A DNA stretch of 63,676 bases, counting the filler. It is 10 parts of 10 records of this genome, joined end to end, with 100 filler letters (N's around TTAATTAATTAA, not from the genome) between each part and the next. Parts side by side here need not be neighbours in the genome. Positions count along the whole stretch, not along the records: positions 22,916 to 37,213 come from SRR7504441_98; positions 37,314 to 40,642 come from SRR7504441_99; positions 40,743 to 44,504 come from SRR7504441_113; positions 44,605 to 49,006 come from SRR7504441_116; 6 more parts are not named here. The stretch is one strand, 5' to 3'. The first letter of the stretch is position 1; each line of letters opens with the position of its first letter. Position numbers and translations under genes: made by a program. This document shows, piece after piece, positions 34,955 to 45,276 of the stretch. The notes beneath the pieces are model-generated. The model did not search any database and was not told the DNA's origin. It saw nothing but the letters and a program-made list of their open reading frames with translations.

Positions 34955-36120
34955 ATGCGGGTGCACAACCAATGCGCCCAGTTCATCAAGGGGATCATGA
35001 ACAACAAGAACGCCGGGCCGTTCAACGAGCCGGTCGATTACATCGCGCTCGGGGTGCCAGACTACCCGACGATCATCACCCACCCGATGGACTTCGGCAC
35101 GGTCGAGACAAACCTCGCCTCGGGCAAGTACAGCACCGTGGACCAGATGGCCGCGGACTGCCGGCTGGTCTTCTCCAACGCGCGTACCTTCAACCCGGAC
35201 GACCATATTATCCACAAGATGGCCACCGAGCTGAGTAAATTGTTTGAAAAGCGCTGGGAGACTCTCGAAGCCAAGCTGGCCACACGGGAGCTGGGCCAGG
35301 CCAGCGGCGGGGCCAACAAGGAGTGGATACGCGCGTGCAAGGGCATCCTCAAGGGAGTCCAGAACCACGCCGAAGCGTGCGTGCCCCCCCTCCCGGCTAG
35401 CGTACGGCGTAGTGGCCACTGTGTTTGCAGTAGTAGCGCGTGAGCCGGCGGGGCAGATACCCATTCCTGCAACCAGTGGACTGGCGGGCACTGGGCATCC
35501 CAGACTACCCCAAAATAATCAAAAAGCCGATGGACTTGTCCAAGGTTGACAAAAGGCTCAGCCAAGGCGGTTACTCGAGCGTGGAGCCATTCGTGGGAGA
35601 CATGCAGCTGATCTTCACCAACGCCAAGACCTTCAACCTGGAGGGCTCCCAGATCCACGTGATGGCCCAGAACGTTGAGGATTTCTTCTTAGATAAATAC
35701 TCGGAGACGTTTGGGGTGGCTGGCTGGGAGTGGCCGACTGGGTGAGCCGTCGGTGGGCAGAGAACACCACGAGGCGGGCCGGGCAAGCGCAAGCACCGAG
35801 ACTTCGATAGAGAGGAGGTGCGCCGCAGCTGCGGCCAGGGCGACCGACTGGGCTGCAGGATGGCGAGCCGAATGCGTGCAAGCGACAACTAGAGGCGTCG
35901 CTGCACTCACTCAGATCTGCAGACGTGGGCCAGATGGTGGATCTGATCAAGGCATCATAGAGGCCAGGCTGATTGAGCGAGCGCTGTTCTGCAGGAGCGG
36001 TGCTCGCATGCAATAGAACAGACAGAGGATGACGAGATTGAGATTAATTTAGACGCGCTCGAGACGGGAGACCTCTCTGACATCACGCAGTTTGTGACAT
36101 CGTGCATCGAGACGTCGTGA
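34955..36120 (+). CDS. BET-family protein: two bromodomains plus ET domain, multi-exon
   Basis: GPFNEPVDYIALGVPDYPTIITHPMDF..NARTFN, PFLQPVDWRALGIPDYPKIIKKPMDL..NAKTFN, and ET-like DEIEINLDAL before the TGA at 36118. The true start may be slightly upstream. Confidence 0.88.
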
Positions 36121-37213
36121 TTGTGATGCCATGGATGTCGTGCTACCGAGTAGACGAGCGTTTTGCATCTAGCATGAGCGGGGAGCGATCAAAATGATGT
36201 AGAAATATGGATAGGCACTATAGACCGCATATGCATGGCTGTAGGCGCGTAAGCGGTAGGAGCCCTCAAGAATAAATGTACACGTATATAGGCTGGAATT
36301 TTGACTATGAAACGAGGCCTGCTAAGATGATTAAAAATGTGCCAACTTCTGATTTTCACTGTAAGTATTGTATAGTTAGCTAGCCAAAACGACAGTTGCC
36401 GCAAAAATTAAATGATTACGTTAGATCCGCGCGTCTATTGCATTGGCGCCATGCAAGCACATCAGCTTGCTGGCCATCCAAAATCATTTTCGCGCCTACC
36501 GATAGCCGACGCGCAGATTTCAGGCGAAAATCTAGAGCTCCTCTCGCTCCTGCACAGTCAAGCGTCAGAGTGCACTTGGATCAATAGAAGTGAACACCTT
36601 GAGCTTGATTCGGGAGGCCCCGACTCCAATAGAAAAGTCTTCATCGGCCTCACCCACCTGAAAAGCGTTGTTTGGACAGGGTCTGCTTTTGGGGTACCTT
36701 GAATGTTGCTGACCTCGTATCACTGTAGCGATACCCATCCTTTGCAGCAAAGGCGCTTATGGTGACCTGAGCATCCTATATCGCAACATGCCAGCCAGCC
36801 GCGAAGTGCCTGAGAGCTGGTGGTCGATCCAAAGTTGACAATGACGAGCCCTTGAACCTGAACCAGCTGATTCAGGACACTGCAGGCCTGTCAAGCGCAG
36901 CAACCTTGGACTGCCAGTGGCACTCTGTAGGATAACTAAAATTCCGAGAGGCGGTCCTGGGCTGGGCCAAAGCGGTTTTTACCTGATGTGGAGTCGCTGG
37001 ACAATAGGGTGGCTGCCGTTTGGGGGGCACATCACCGGTGCCGCCGCCTGATTTGTCGACGACGAAGCCGCGCTGGCCACGAGCATGACGAGAGCCAACA
37101 GGCTAAGCCGTCGGAACGCCATAGGTCCTATCCCCAGAGCCCCTTTGATGCCTGGATGCCTGGTGGGCCGGCAACGGAACAGCAGCAGGTGCAGTCCGGG
37201 ATGCTGGGGGAGG

Positions 37214-37313
37214 NNNNNNNNNNNNNNNNNNNNNNNNNNNNNNNNNNNNNNNNNNNNTTAATTAATTAANNNNNNNNNNNNNNNNNNNNNNNNNNNNNNN
37301 NNNNNNNNNNNNN
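37214..37313. other. Artificial contig-join linker
   Basis: N44-TTAATTAATTAA-N44. Confidence 0.97.
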
Positions 37314-37415
37314 GATCCGGCGACACGCGAGCCAGAAAGGTGCCGCAGCGGCTAGTCGGAGAGTGGGTCGCTGACCGGCAGCACAGCCGCGCTGGAGAGA
37401 GCACATGTAAATTTA

Positions 37416-38597
37416 CTAAACGTTCACTTTATCTTTTAATGCGGTGTCTCGTGTTGGCCAGTCGATCCCGTTGATTGATAACTCGCTATAGATTGGCACA
37501 AGCCACCACCGAGAGTCCCGTCCAAAGACTTGCTCTAGATTAAGCTGCTTGCCAAGATCATATTGTGGCTTAGCATTATGCAACCGCTCCACTGACGTCT
37601 CGTTGGCAACAGCCATCCTGTCAACACCCCTCAGCCACCACACAATCTAAACCCGGCCCGGGCACCTGTAGTGGAATGCGCCAAAGTTGCCCAGAACGAT
37701 GCACAGCACCAGGTCTTTTGCACACACTACGATCAGCCAGACCGTGATACAGCCAGCTGAGGCGTCATCCCAGTCCCCTTCCAGGTAGCACATTGTGATA
37801 CGAGCACCAAAAGCCACGGCCGTATAAGCACACGTCAACGTCACGTAAAGCAGAAATAAAATGAAGAACTTGCGGTTGTGAAACCCTACTGTGTTTCCAA
37901 CCCACGGGCACCAGTGATCCATGCCCAAGACCAGCCTCTCGCTCACGCTGCAAAAGTGGCTTCTCGGTGGTTTGTAGAGCCCAGACTTCAGACATAGCCT
38001 CTCGGGGTGAGGCCCCCTGTATCGGAGCTCTAGGTAGCTGGCCCAATCGCTGTCCATCGTGCCCGGATCCACCAGCGTGCACTGCACCCAGCTGACCATC
38101 ATTGGCAGCCACAGCAGGTGGAAAACCCCTATCTCCGCCAGGACGCGGGCTGAGTACTCGCCTCTAAAGCACACCATCGCCACGTAGCTTGACCCAATCG
38201 CCCCGAGCACCAGCGGTATGGCCACCCAGGCCTGCACCAGAGCTGCGCTTCCAGGAAATCGGCACGGGCACTGGGGCCACCCGAACCCGCCCGGGAGAGT
38301 CAGCGATTCCTCCGGAGCGCTTAGCGTCACACCGGGCGAGCACCCGCCCTGCTCCGATATCGGGACCACTACTGCCATCGGCTCGGACGGCTGGGCCACC
38401 GGCTGGGCCGTGAGCACCGCGTGCGCCACTGGCAGGGTGCCCTGGGCCACTGGCGCCGCGCCCGGCAGCCCGACTGGTTCGTCCACGCTGAGCCGCGGGG
38501 TCCATACCGGCGTCACGCTGCGGACAGCCCCGTCCATCGGCAGCGGCGACACCTTGAGCGCTTGCTTTGCCGCCACGACGACCGGGCTCGCCGGCAT
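37416..38597 (-). CDS. DHHC-family protein S-acyltransferase (DHWC variant), one intron
   Basis: DPG motif and KPPRSHFC..MDHWCPWVGNTVGFHNRKFFILFLLY. After a ~48-nt intron come NETSVE, YDLG..NLEQVFG and WWLVP. Confidence 0.87.
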
Positions 38598-38647
38598 CCT
38601 GTGTCTTTTATTGCCAAATTTGGGCCAACGGTAAACTCGATAACCTG

Positions 38648-40532
38648 ATGAGGAGACACCCGGCTGAGTGCGCGCTGCTGTGCTGGCTCGGCCTGGCCAG
38701 CGCGGCTGCCGCCCGGGCCTTACGGCCCAACACCATCATCGTCTACGCCGACGACTTCGGCTTCGACCTGGGCTGTTTTGGGCACCCGACAGTGCGGACG
38801 CCCAACCTGGATAAGCTCTGCAGCCGTGGCGCCCGGCTAGCCCAGTACTATTCGGCCGAGAACGTGTGCACCCCCAGCCGCGGGGCGCTGCTCACCGGTC
38901 GTCACGCGGCCCGGTCTGGGTTGATCGTGGACGTCCCGTGGGGCCGCTGCGGGGCTCCAGACACCCGGTGCAGCGACGTGCTCCACCCAGACAACCGGGG
39001 GCATCTGCCATCGGGCGAGAGGACACTGGCCGAGCTGCTCAAGGCGAGCGTGCCGAGCTACACCGCAGCGGCCCTGGCTAAGTGGCACTTAGGCTACTCG
39101 CTGTTTAATGGGACCGAACAGCGGTTCTTGCCCACTGAGCGAGGGTTTGACTTGTTTCATGGGACCCCGGCCACCCACTGCGAGAGTGGCGGCCGGTTCC
39201 CTGCTGAGCCGGTTTTCCGCACTGACGCTGGCCGTACGGAGATAGTTGGCCGACTGGACATGTTTGGGACGAGCGCGTCGGACAAGCCGTGGTCTCACCA
39301 GCAAGGCTCTAGCAACCTAACGCAAGCCTACACCGCGTATGGGGTCGAGTTCATCAAGAAAGCGCACCGGGACCAACGGCCGTTCTTTCTGTACGCGGCG
39401 TTCGACAACACGCACGATGGACTGTGAGTGCTGGCTTGAGGCGCAGGCAAGCAGGGACAGGTATTATAATCAAATATACCGAGGCGGGAGTCGGCGGGGC
39501 CAGCTGGGGGCTGCCGTGATGGAGCTGGACTGGGCGGTGGGCCGGCTGGTTGACACGGTGGATGAGCTCGGGCTAGCTGCGTCCACAACTATCTGGTGCT
39601 TGCCGTGCATGATTATTATAGATAATAACAGCAGCTCGCAGGTTTGCGGGCGACCACGGTGCCAATACCGCGGCCTCCACCAGCCAGGGGGCGTCGTATG
39701 GCGTGTTTGGAGCAGACTGGGCGAAGAACGTGGCGTGGCAGCAGGCGCACGGGGCGGGTGGGCCCATCGAGAGCTATCTAGACACTTGCAAGGCTGGCAC
39801 GTGGGAGGGAGGGCACAGGACTGCTGGGATCGTATGGGCGCCCGGTCTGGTCCCCGCCGGCAGCACGGTGCCCATCGGCTGGCTGGGCCGGCAACAGAGC
39901 GGCAGGTCTACGCTCCGGTCAGTTCGCTGGACATCTTGCCGACCACGCTGAGCCTGGCCGGGATCGCCCGCGTCTCTGATAGGATTCTGGATGGTAAAGA
40001 CATCTCGGGGATGCTCAGCAACCCAGAGGAAGCAGTCTCGCCGCACAAGTGGCTGTATTACTTTACGACTTGCACCGAGCTGCACGGCTGCCCTCCTGCC
40101 AACTTGACGGCTGGGCTGCCATCAGATCGGATTGCCGCGGTGAGGGACGCCAGGGGATCTATGAAGGCGCACTTCTTCACACACAGCGGACAGGGGAATG
40201 AGCCTTACGTGCGGCACTGGCCGCCGCTGGTGTTTAACGTTGAGCGCGACCCCGGGGAGAAGGAGCCTGTCACGCCTGACAGCTGGGACGGCCCAGGGTG
40301 CACAGGGACCGAGTGCCTAGCTCAGTTTGTAACCGACGCCACGGCTGCGGTGAGAGCGAAGCACGCCGAGGTGGTTTGGTGCGAGTATTGCGCGGCGGAT
40401 GGGGTGCACGGCCGGAGCATGTTGTCGGATACAGTGGATTGGACCGTGATGGACTGTCGAGGGTTGTCTGACGAGGAGTCGGGTTGCTGCACGAGCCCCA
40501 CAGGGTCGTGCACCCGAGCCAGCCATGACTGA
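38648..40532 (+). CDS. Arylsulfatase (formylglycine-dependent), secreted, multi-exon
   Basis: Signal peptide, PNTIIVYADDFG, TPNLD, CTPSRGALLTGR (CxPxR), KWHLG, RPFFLY, GTWEGG and DILPT. Confidence 0.92.
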
Positions 40533-40642
40533 GCTGAAAGTGCGGGGAATCTTCATCTTGAGCTTGTGGCGATTGTACATATATAACTTTCACTGATTGT
40601 CCTTGTATATATCATAATACACGGATTGCCACATAGCCAACG

Positions 40643-40742
40643 NNNNNNNNNNNNNNNNNNNNNNNNNNNNNNNNNNNNNNNNNNNNTTAATTAATTAANN
40701 NNNNNNNNNNNNNNNNNNNNNNNNNNNNNNNNNNNNNNNNNN
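40643..40742. other. Artificial contig-join linker
   Basis: N44-TTAATTAATTAA-N44. Confidence 0.97.
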
Positions 40743-40768
40743 AAAAAAAAAAAAAAAAAAAAAAAAAA
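40743..40768 (+). repeat. Poly(A) tract (at least 26 nt) at contig start, directly upstream of the retroelement leader
   Basis: Seen directly; truncated by the contig edge. Confidence 0.9.
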
Positions 40769-43700
40769 TAGGTCCAAAAAATGGGATTCGAACCCCCAAT
40801 CAGCCCCGTAGGGAAATCAAAGGTAATGATGCGAAAACATAATCGCTGAACCCCCACAAAATCGCCCAAGATGAGTCCGGTTGAAGTGGAAATCGACCTA
40901 GGTATGTCGTAAAAGGGCCTGAGCCGGGATGGTTGTACACCGGTGCACACCCCTTGGCAGCTGATTCCAGTAATTGAGCTGGAACAAGTCCATTGGGAGT
41001 GTTCGACAACCAAGACAATGAGGAATCATGGTGCTGGATCCGACCAGCAGCTTTGGAACCGACCAAACAAGCGTCGTGCTGGTACCAGGCTTAACAGCCC
41101 AGAGGAAGGTGCGACACTTCAAATGTCAACAAACAAACAAACAAATAACCAAAATGGAATCAAACATATCAAACAGTCAGGGTCCGAACAGATCGGACCA
41201 ATCAACTAGCTACGGGTTGGATGACCCGTCATCTAACTCTTCAGACCCCCAATCATGCAATTCTTCAGTAAGCGTTGAAGATGCTATGCATGAAATTATT
41301 GAAACGACTATATGCTGCTGGCCGGTTGATGGCCTCAGCAAGGAAAGAATAAAGAAAAAACTTACCGCATCGACAGACCCAGAAGTCATGCAAGGCAAGT
41401 ATAAGATTAAGCTACAAAAACACGGTGAGAAACGTCGGCTTAGAGTTGACATTTCGTTTACTTCACCATTAGATGCTGAGAGGGCAGTCAGAAAGTTGCA
41501 GTCCTGGCGCTACCGAGGGAATCGATTCTTCCCGAGGATTAAGTACAATGAGTCCTACAATGCCAGGCTAAAGAAGAGAGAAGCAACAATGACTAAGCCT
41601 AATGCCCGTAAACGGCAATACGAAGACACAGTGAAAACAGTTCCTACAAATCCTAGCATAATAACTTGGAATGTCAGATCTCTCGCTGATGCGGCGGACT
41701 ATGACAACTTCAAACGGACCGTGCAAGTCCGCAGGCCTCTGGTCATTATGGTAAATGAAACCAGGAGAACTGGCAATAGGAGCCCTGTCCATATCTCTGG
41801 GTACACCTGTAGTGAGGCTAAGTCTTTGCACACCGATCAGCGACATAATCAGCCGTCGGCTGCTGGCTTAGCGGTTTTGATCGACAACAGCCTCCCTTCT
41901 ATGGCAGTGCCGACACCGAGAATAGTGCACAACCAGTTAACTCGGCGATATAAAGGACTTTGCCTTATGAAAGCAGTAGATCCGGCAACTGGTGCTCAAC
42001 TTCTCTTTGGTGCAATCTATAAGCGACGTAGTATTGAAACCTCGGTGCTCCTAGAAACCCTGGTGGCTATCCAAAAAATGAAACTACCAACCCTGATTGG
42101 TGGCGACTTTAACCTTGAGCTGAAGGGTATCGCCGCGATGCTACGAAGGAAAGTGCTGGGTGGTCATTGGAGTAGATTGTCTGTCTCCGGATCCCCGGCC
42201 TCATGTAGAGTGCGACAACGTTGGACAGCCGTGGACCACTTTATTGTTTGCAACTCCATGGCTGAACACGTGTCTCGGCCCAGAATCGACCGGAGTTCAG
42301 TATACCCCTTCGATAGTGACCACTTCCCACTCGTCACCAAATGTAAGCTTGGCGTTACACCCTCTAAGGCGAGCATTGGCCGAGCGAAATGGATAACTAA
42401 CACCGTGAATGACTCTGTGAAGGAAGGATTCGGCATCCTTGCATGGGAGTCGACGAGAGTGAAGGGTTTGCTCGAATACGCCACTAGCCTAAGTGAGCGT
42501 GATTCTGAGTGTACCCAGAATGAAATCAATGAATTAGGCACCAAGTTCTCGAACATTGTCAACCAGGAGGGCTGTAGGCTGGGATTGCGTAACCCCCCCC
42601 GGTGTCCCCTAGGGGCCAAAACACCTCACTACTCTCGATGTTCTAGAGCATGGGTAAAACGACGATTAGAGCCATGGACAGCGTATAAGAGGGATAGACA
42701 GCCCTCCTTGCTTGCCAAGTATTACGATGCCCGAGACAGTGCTCGGGCAGCCCGTAAACGTGATATCAAACAGTACAACTCGGCCACCCAACGGAGGATG
42801 CTTGCGTTGAGAAACAGCCCTTCGGATCTCTGGAAACTTCTCAAGGAGTTTTCGGGCTCTAAGAAAGGAGTCGGGGAACGGTTGCCAGTCATTCACCCTA
42901 ACACCGGCCAATTATGCCTCACCGATGCCGAGAAGGCTGCTGCCTTCTCGGATCACTGGAGAGCAACCTTCGCCCCTCTGGAAGGGGCAAAGACGGGTGA
43001 TGAATGGAATGAGTACCTCGCGCTACCTGAAATTGATGCCCGGTTTACGAGCCTCCCCACAACTCTGGCGGAGTCGCTCAACTCGGAGATCCTACCTGGG
43101 GAAATACAAGCTGCGATCCTCAGGGCTAAGGCGGGCACTGCTCCGGGCTCAGATTCAATACCGATCGGAGTATACCGCACGCTCTTAGTGGACACTCGCT
43201 GCCTATATGGCAAAACATTTCGCTCTTCTCAACTACGAGATAATGATCCCCGAGTTGCTGAATTCATATCAGTTTATACGGATGGTGCGGCGCGCGGTAA
43301 TCCTGGTCCAGCAGGTGCCGGCATTGTCTTACGAAAAGGGAACAATGCTTTCCCAAAGAGCGATACGGATGGTGTCGGCATAGGCTCGCACCAACAATGG
43401 ATCAGTCCTAAGTCGACTAACAATATCAGTGAGGCTATTGGCATATGGCTGGCACTCGACCGACTTAGAATAGTGGTACAAAATACCACCAACGTTGTGC
43501 GGATCTCTATGCGAACAGACTCGCAGTTCATCAGAAATGCGATCCTTGGATGTTATGTGGTTCGTAACGCACACCTTAAGAGGTGGGTATCTCAGATTCA
43601 GAAAAGGATCCGCACGCTAGTGACTGACACGGGTAGAGTGTCTATCAAGCTTGAACACATCCGCCGGGGCTTTAACACAAAAGCAGATGCGCTGGCGAAC

Positions 43701-44504
43701 TTGGCAACTTCTCGAGGTATTGATGGAGAAAGAGGATGCCAGGTTGCCAGATGGCTTAAGCAGGCTGAAAGCCCCGCTGACGGTAGTGTTGTGGTATCCA
43801 ATGATGCCCCACCAGAATCTAGGCCAGCATTAGAAGAATCCCCTCTGGGTGAGCTCGTCTCGAAGCTCATTGCTCTGTTCTTCCAGGAATGTAAACTCCC
43901 AACTAGTTACCACCATAGCTTGATAGTCGAGCTGTTTAAGCGTGGAGATCCCTTGAATACCGATCAGTATCGAGGTATCTCACTCCAGCAGACTATATTC
44001 AAGCTCTTGCTCTCTGTACTAGCTAGGCGACTGCTAAACGTGTGTGAAAGTGCAAGTATAGTACACATGGAACAGGCAGGCTCCAGACTAGGAGGGGAAG
44101 CAGTCGGCCAGGTAATTGGGTTATATGAAATTTTACACCGGCGCAAGTATCGCTCGGAAGAACATGCCGATGGAGAAAAAAGGCCGATGAATAGCTTCGT
44201 CCTATTCGCAAGGACTGGGCAAGGATTGCTTCTTCGCTCTGGGCAGACGACAAGGGTCTCCGGAGGAGATCGAGAAACGGGATACAAGGACTAATCTTCA
44301 GAAGATTCACATACGGTATCAAGAGGGCCATGCCCTACGGTTGTGGATGATGGAACTACACTTGTTGCCCAGTTGGGTGGCCAAGGTTGTGAAGAATTGG
44401 ACAAGGATCTCATCGTTACTCCTCGAAGACAAAGACGTCTCGCGGCAACGCGAGATGCATTAGTGACTGACGGTGTGCCTTACCGGGTGCGCTGACGGAA
44501 CTGT
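40769..44504 (+). mobile_element. Non-LTR (LINE-like) retrotransposon, APE-type, incomplete RT
   Basis: The whole contig is intronless and visibly less GC-rich than the 5' parts of host genes. It carries one long ORF with APE, RNase H and RT motifs. Confidence 0.88.
41028..44294 (+). CDS. Retrotransposon polyprotein: RRM-like - APE endonuclease - RT region 0 - RNase HI - RT motifs 1-2 (breaks off at motif 3)
   Basis: APE: ITWNVRSL, VNETR, IGGDFN, VDHF, SDHFPL. RT0: KAGTAPGSDSIP. RNase H: YTDGAARGNPGPAGAG, NNISE, RTDS, NTKADALAN. RT: LFKRGD..YRGISL, EQAG, FVLFA. The likely start is ATG 41154. Confidence 0.88.
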   Translation: MVLDPTSSFGTDQTSVVLVPGLTAQRKVRHFKCQQTNKQITKMESNISNSQGPNRSDQSTSYGLDDPSSNSSDPQSCNSSVSVEDAMHEIIETTICCWPVDGLSKERIKKKLTASTDPEVMQGKYKIKLQKHGEKRRLRVDISFTSPLDAERAVRKLQSWRYRGNRFFPRIKYNESYNARLKKREATMTKPNARKRQYEDTVKTVPTNPSIITWNVRSLADAADYDNFKRTVQVRRPLVIMVNETRRTGNRSPVHISGYTCSEAKSLHTDQRHNQPSAAGLAVLIDNSLPSMAVPTPRIVHNQLTRRYKGLCLMKAVDPATGAQLLFGAIYKRRSIETSVLLETLVAIQKMKLPTLIGGDFNLELKGIAAMLRRKVLGGHWSRLSVSGSPASCRVRQRWTAVDHFIVCNSMAEHVSRPRIDRSSVYPFDSDHFPLVTKCKLGVTPSKASIGRAKWITNTVNDSVKEGFGILAWESTRVKGLLEYATSLSERDSECTQNEINELGTKFSNIVNQEGCRLGLRNPPRCPLGAKTPHYSRCSRAWVKRRLEPWTAYKRDRQPSLLAKYYDARDSARAARKRDIKQYNSATQRRMLALRNSPSDLWKLLKEFSGSKKGVGERLPVIHPNTGQLCLTDAEKAAAFSDHWRATFAPLEGAKTGDEWNEYLALPEIDARFTSLPTTLAESLNSEILPGEIQAAILRAKAGTAPGSDSIPIGVYRTLLVDTRCLYGKTFRSSQLRDNDPRVAEFISVYTDGAARGNPGPAGAGIVLRKGNNAFPKSDTDGVGIGSHQQWISPKSTNNISEAIGIWLALDRLRIVVQNTTNVVRISMRTDSQFIRNAILGCYVVRNAHLKRWVSQIQKRIRTLVTDTGRVSIKLEHIRRGFNTKADALANLATSRGIDGERGCQVARWLKQAESPADGSVVVSNDAPPESRPALEESPLGELVSKLIALFFQECKLPTSYHHSLIVELFKRGDPLNTDQYRGISLQQTIFKLLLSVLARRLLNVCESASIVHMEQAGSRLGGEAVGQVIGLYEILHRRKYRSEEHADGEKRPMNSFVLFARTGQGLLLRSGQTTRVSGGDRETGYKD

Positions 44505-44604
44505 NNNNNNNNNNNNNNNNNNNNNNNNNNNNNNNNNNNNNNNNNNNNTTAATTAATTAANNNNNNNNNNNNNNNNNNNNNNNNNNNNNNNNNNNNNNNN
44601 NNNN
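44505..44604. other. Artificial contig-join linker
   Basis: N44-TTAATTAATTAA-N44. Confidence 0.97.
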
Positions 44605-45223
44605 GCAGTTCAGCCTCATCGAGCGCCGAGTCCAGCTCGGCCTGCAGGTCAGACATGCCCCGGCTGGCCCCGGCGTCCCGGGCGGCCAGCTTCTCCTTCA
44701 TCATCAGGTTCTCCTCTGTCAGCCGCACCCTATGCATCCGGGCCGACTCCACACTCTGGCGCAGACCGTCCAGCTGAGCCGCGATCGCCCCGTCCGCCCC
44801 GGTGATGTACTCGCGCCAGCGCTGATCGAACTGCTCACTCGAGTACTCGGAGGTGTCGCTGGTGTAGTCCACCAGCAGCCCGAGACCGGTCCGGATGAAT
44901 CTGACGCTCTTGGCAAAGGCCTGCTCCTGGTCGCCGCGGAGGGCCTCGGAGTGGACCAGCTTCTTGGTCAGCTTGCGCGTGTTGGTCCGCTCCTGCTCGA
45001 GCGCCGCCTGGGCCACCCCCTTGGCCAGCGCCTCTGTCTGCACCTTGCGCCGGGCGGCCTCCAGAACCTCCCTCAGCGCCACTCGCTCGTTCCCGAGAAG
45101 CTGGTCGATCTGCTCGAGCGCCATGTCCGTTGTGGCCTTGTCCCGGCTGATCGCTTCGATCTGCCGCCGGGCCGCTGCCAGCTCCGACTTGAGCGTTTGA
45201 TCGGACCTCGGGCTGACAGGCAT
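44605..45223 (-). CDS. Coiled-coil hypothetical protein (3'-truncated)
   Basis: Open frame from ATG 45223 with heptad-rich sequence, divergent from NSUN2. Confidence 0.6.
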
Positions 45224-45276
45224 CTTCCCGCGTCAACCAGCGCCAACGGTCGGCCGCCGCCGGCGAAGCACAGGAC

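Noticed and set aside
36200-37213. Possible gene in the last kilobase of contig 4
   Set aside because: Only short ORFs without recognisable motifs; no consistent exon chain could be built.
40775-40860. tRNA gene on the minus strand
   Set aside because: Only a T-loop/B-box match is present. No acceptor stem, D arm or anticodon arm could be folded.
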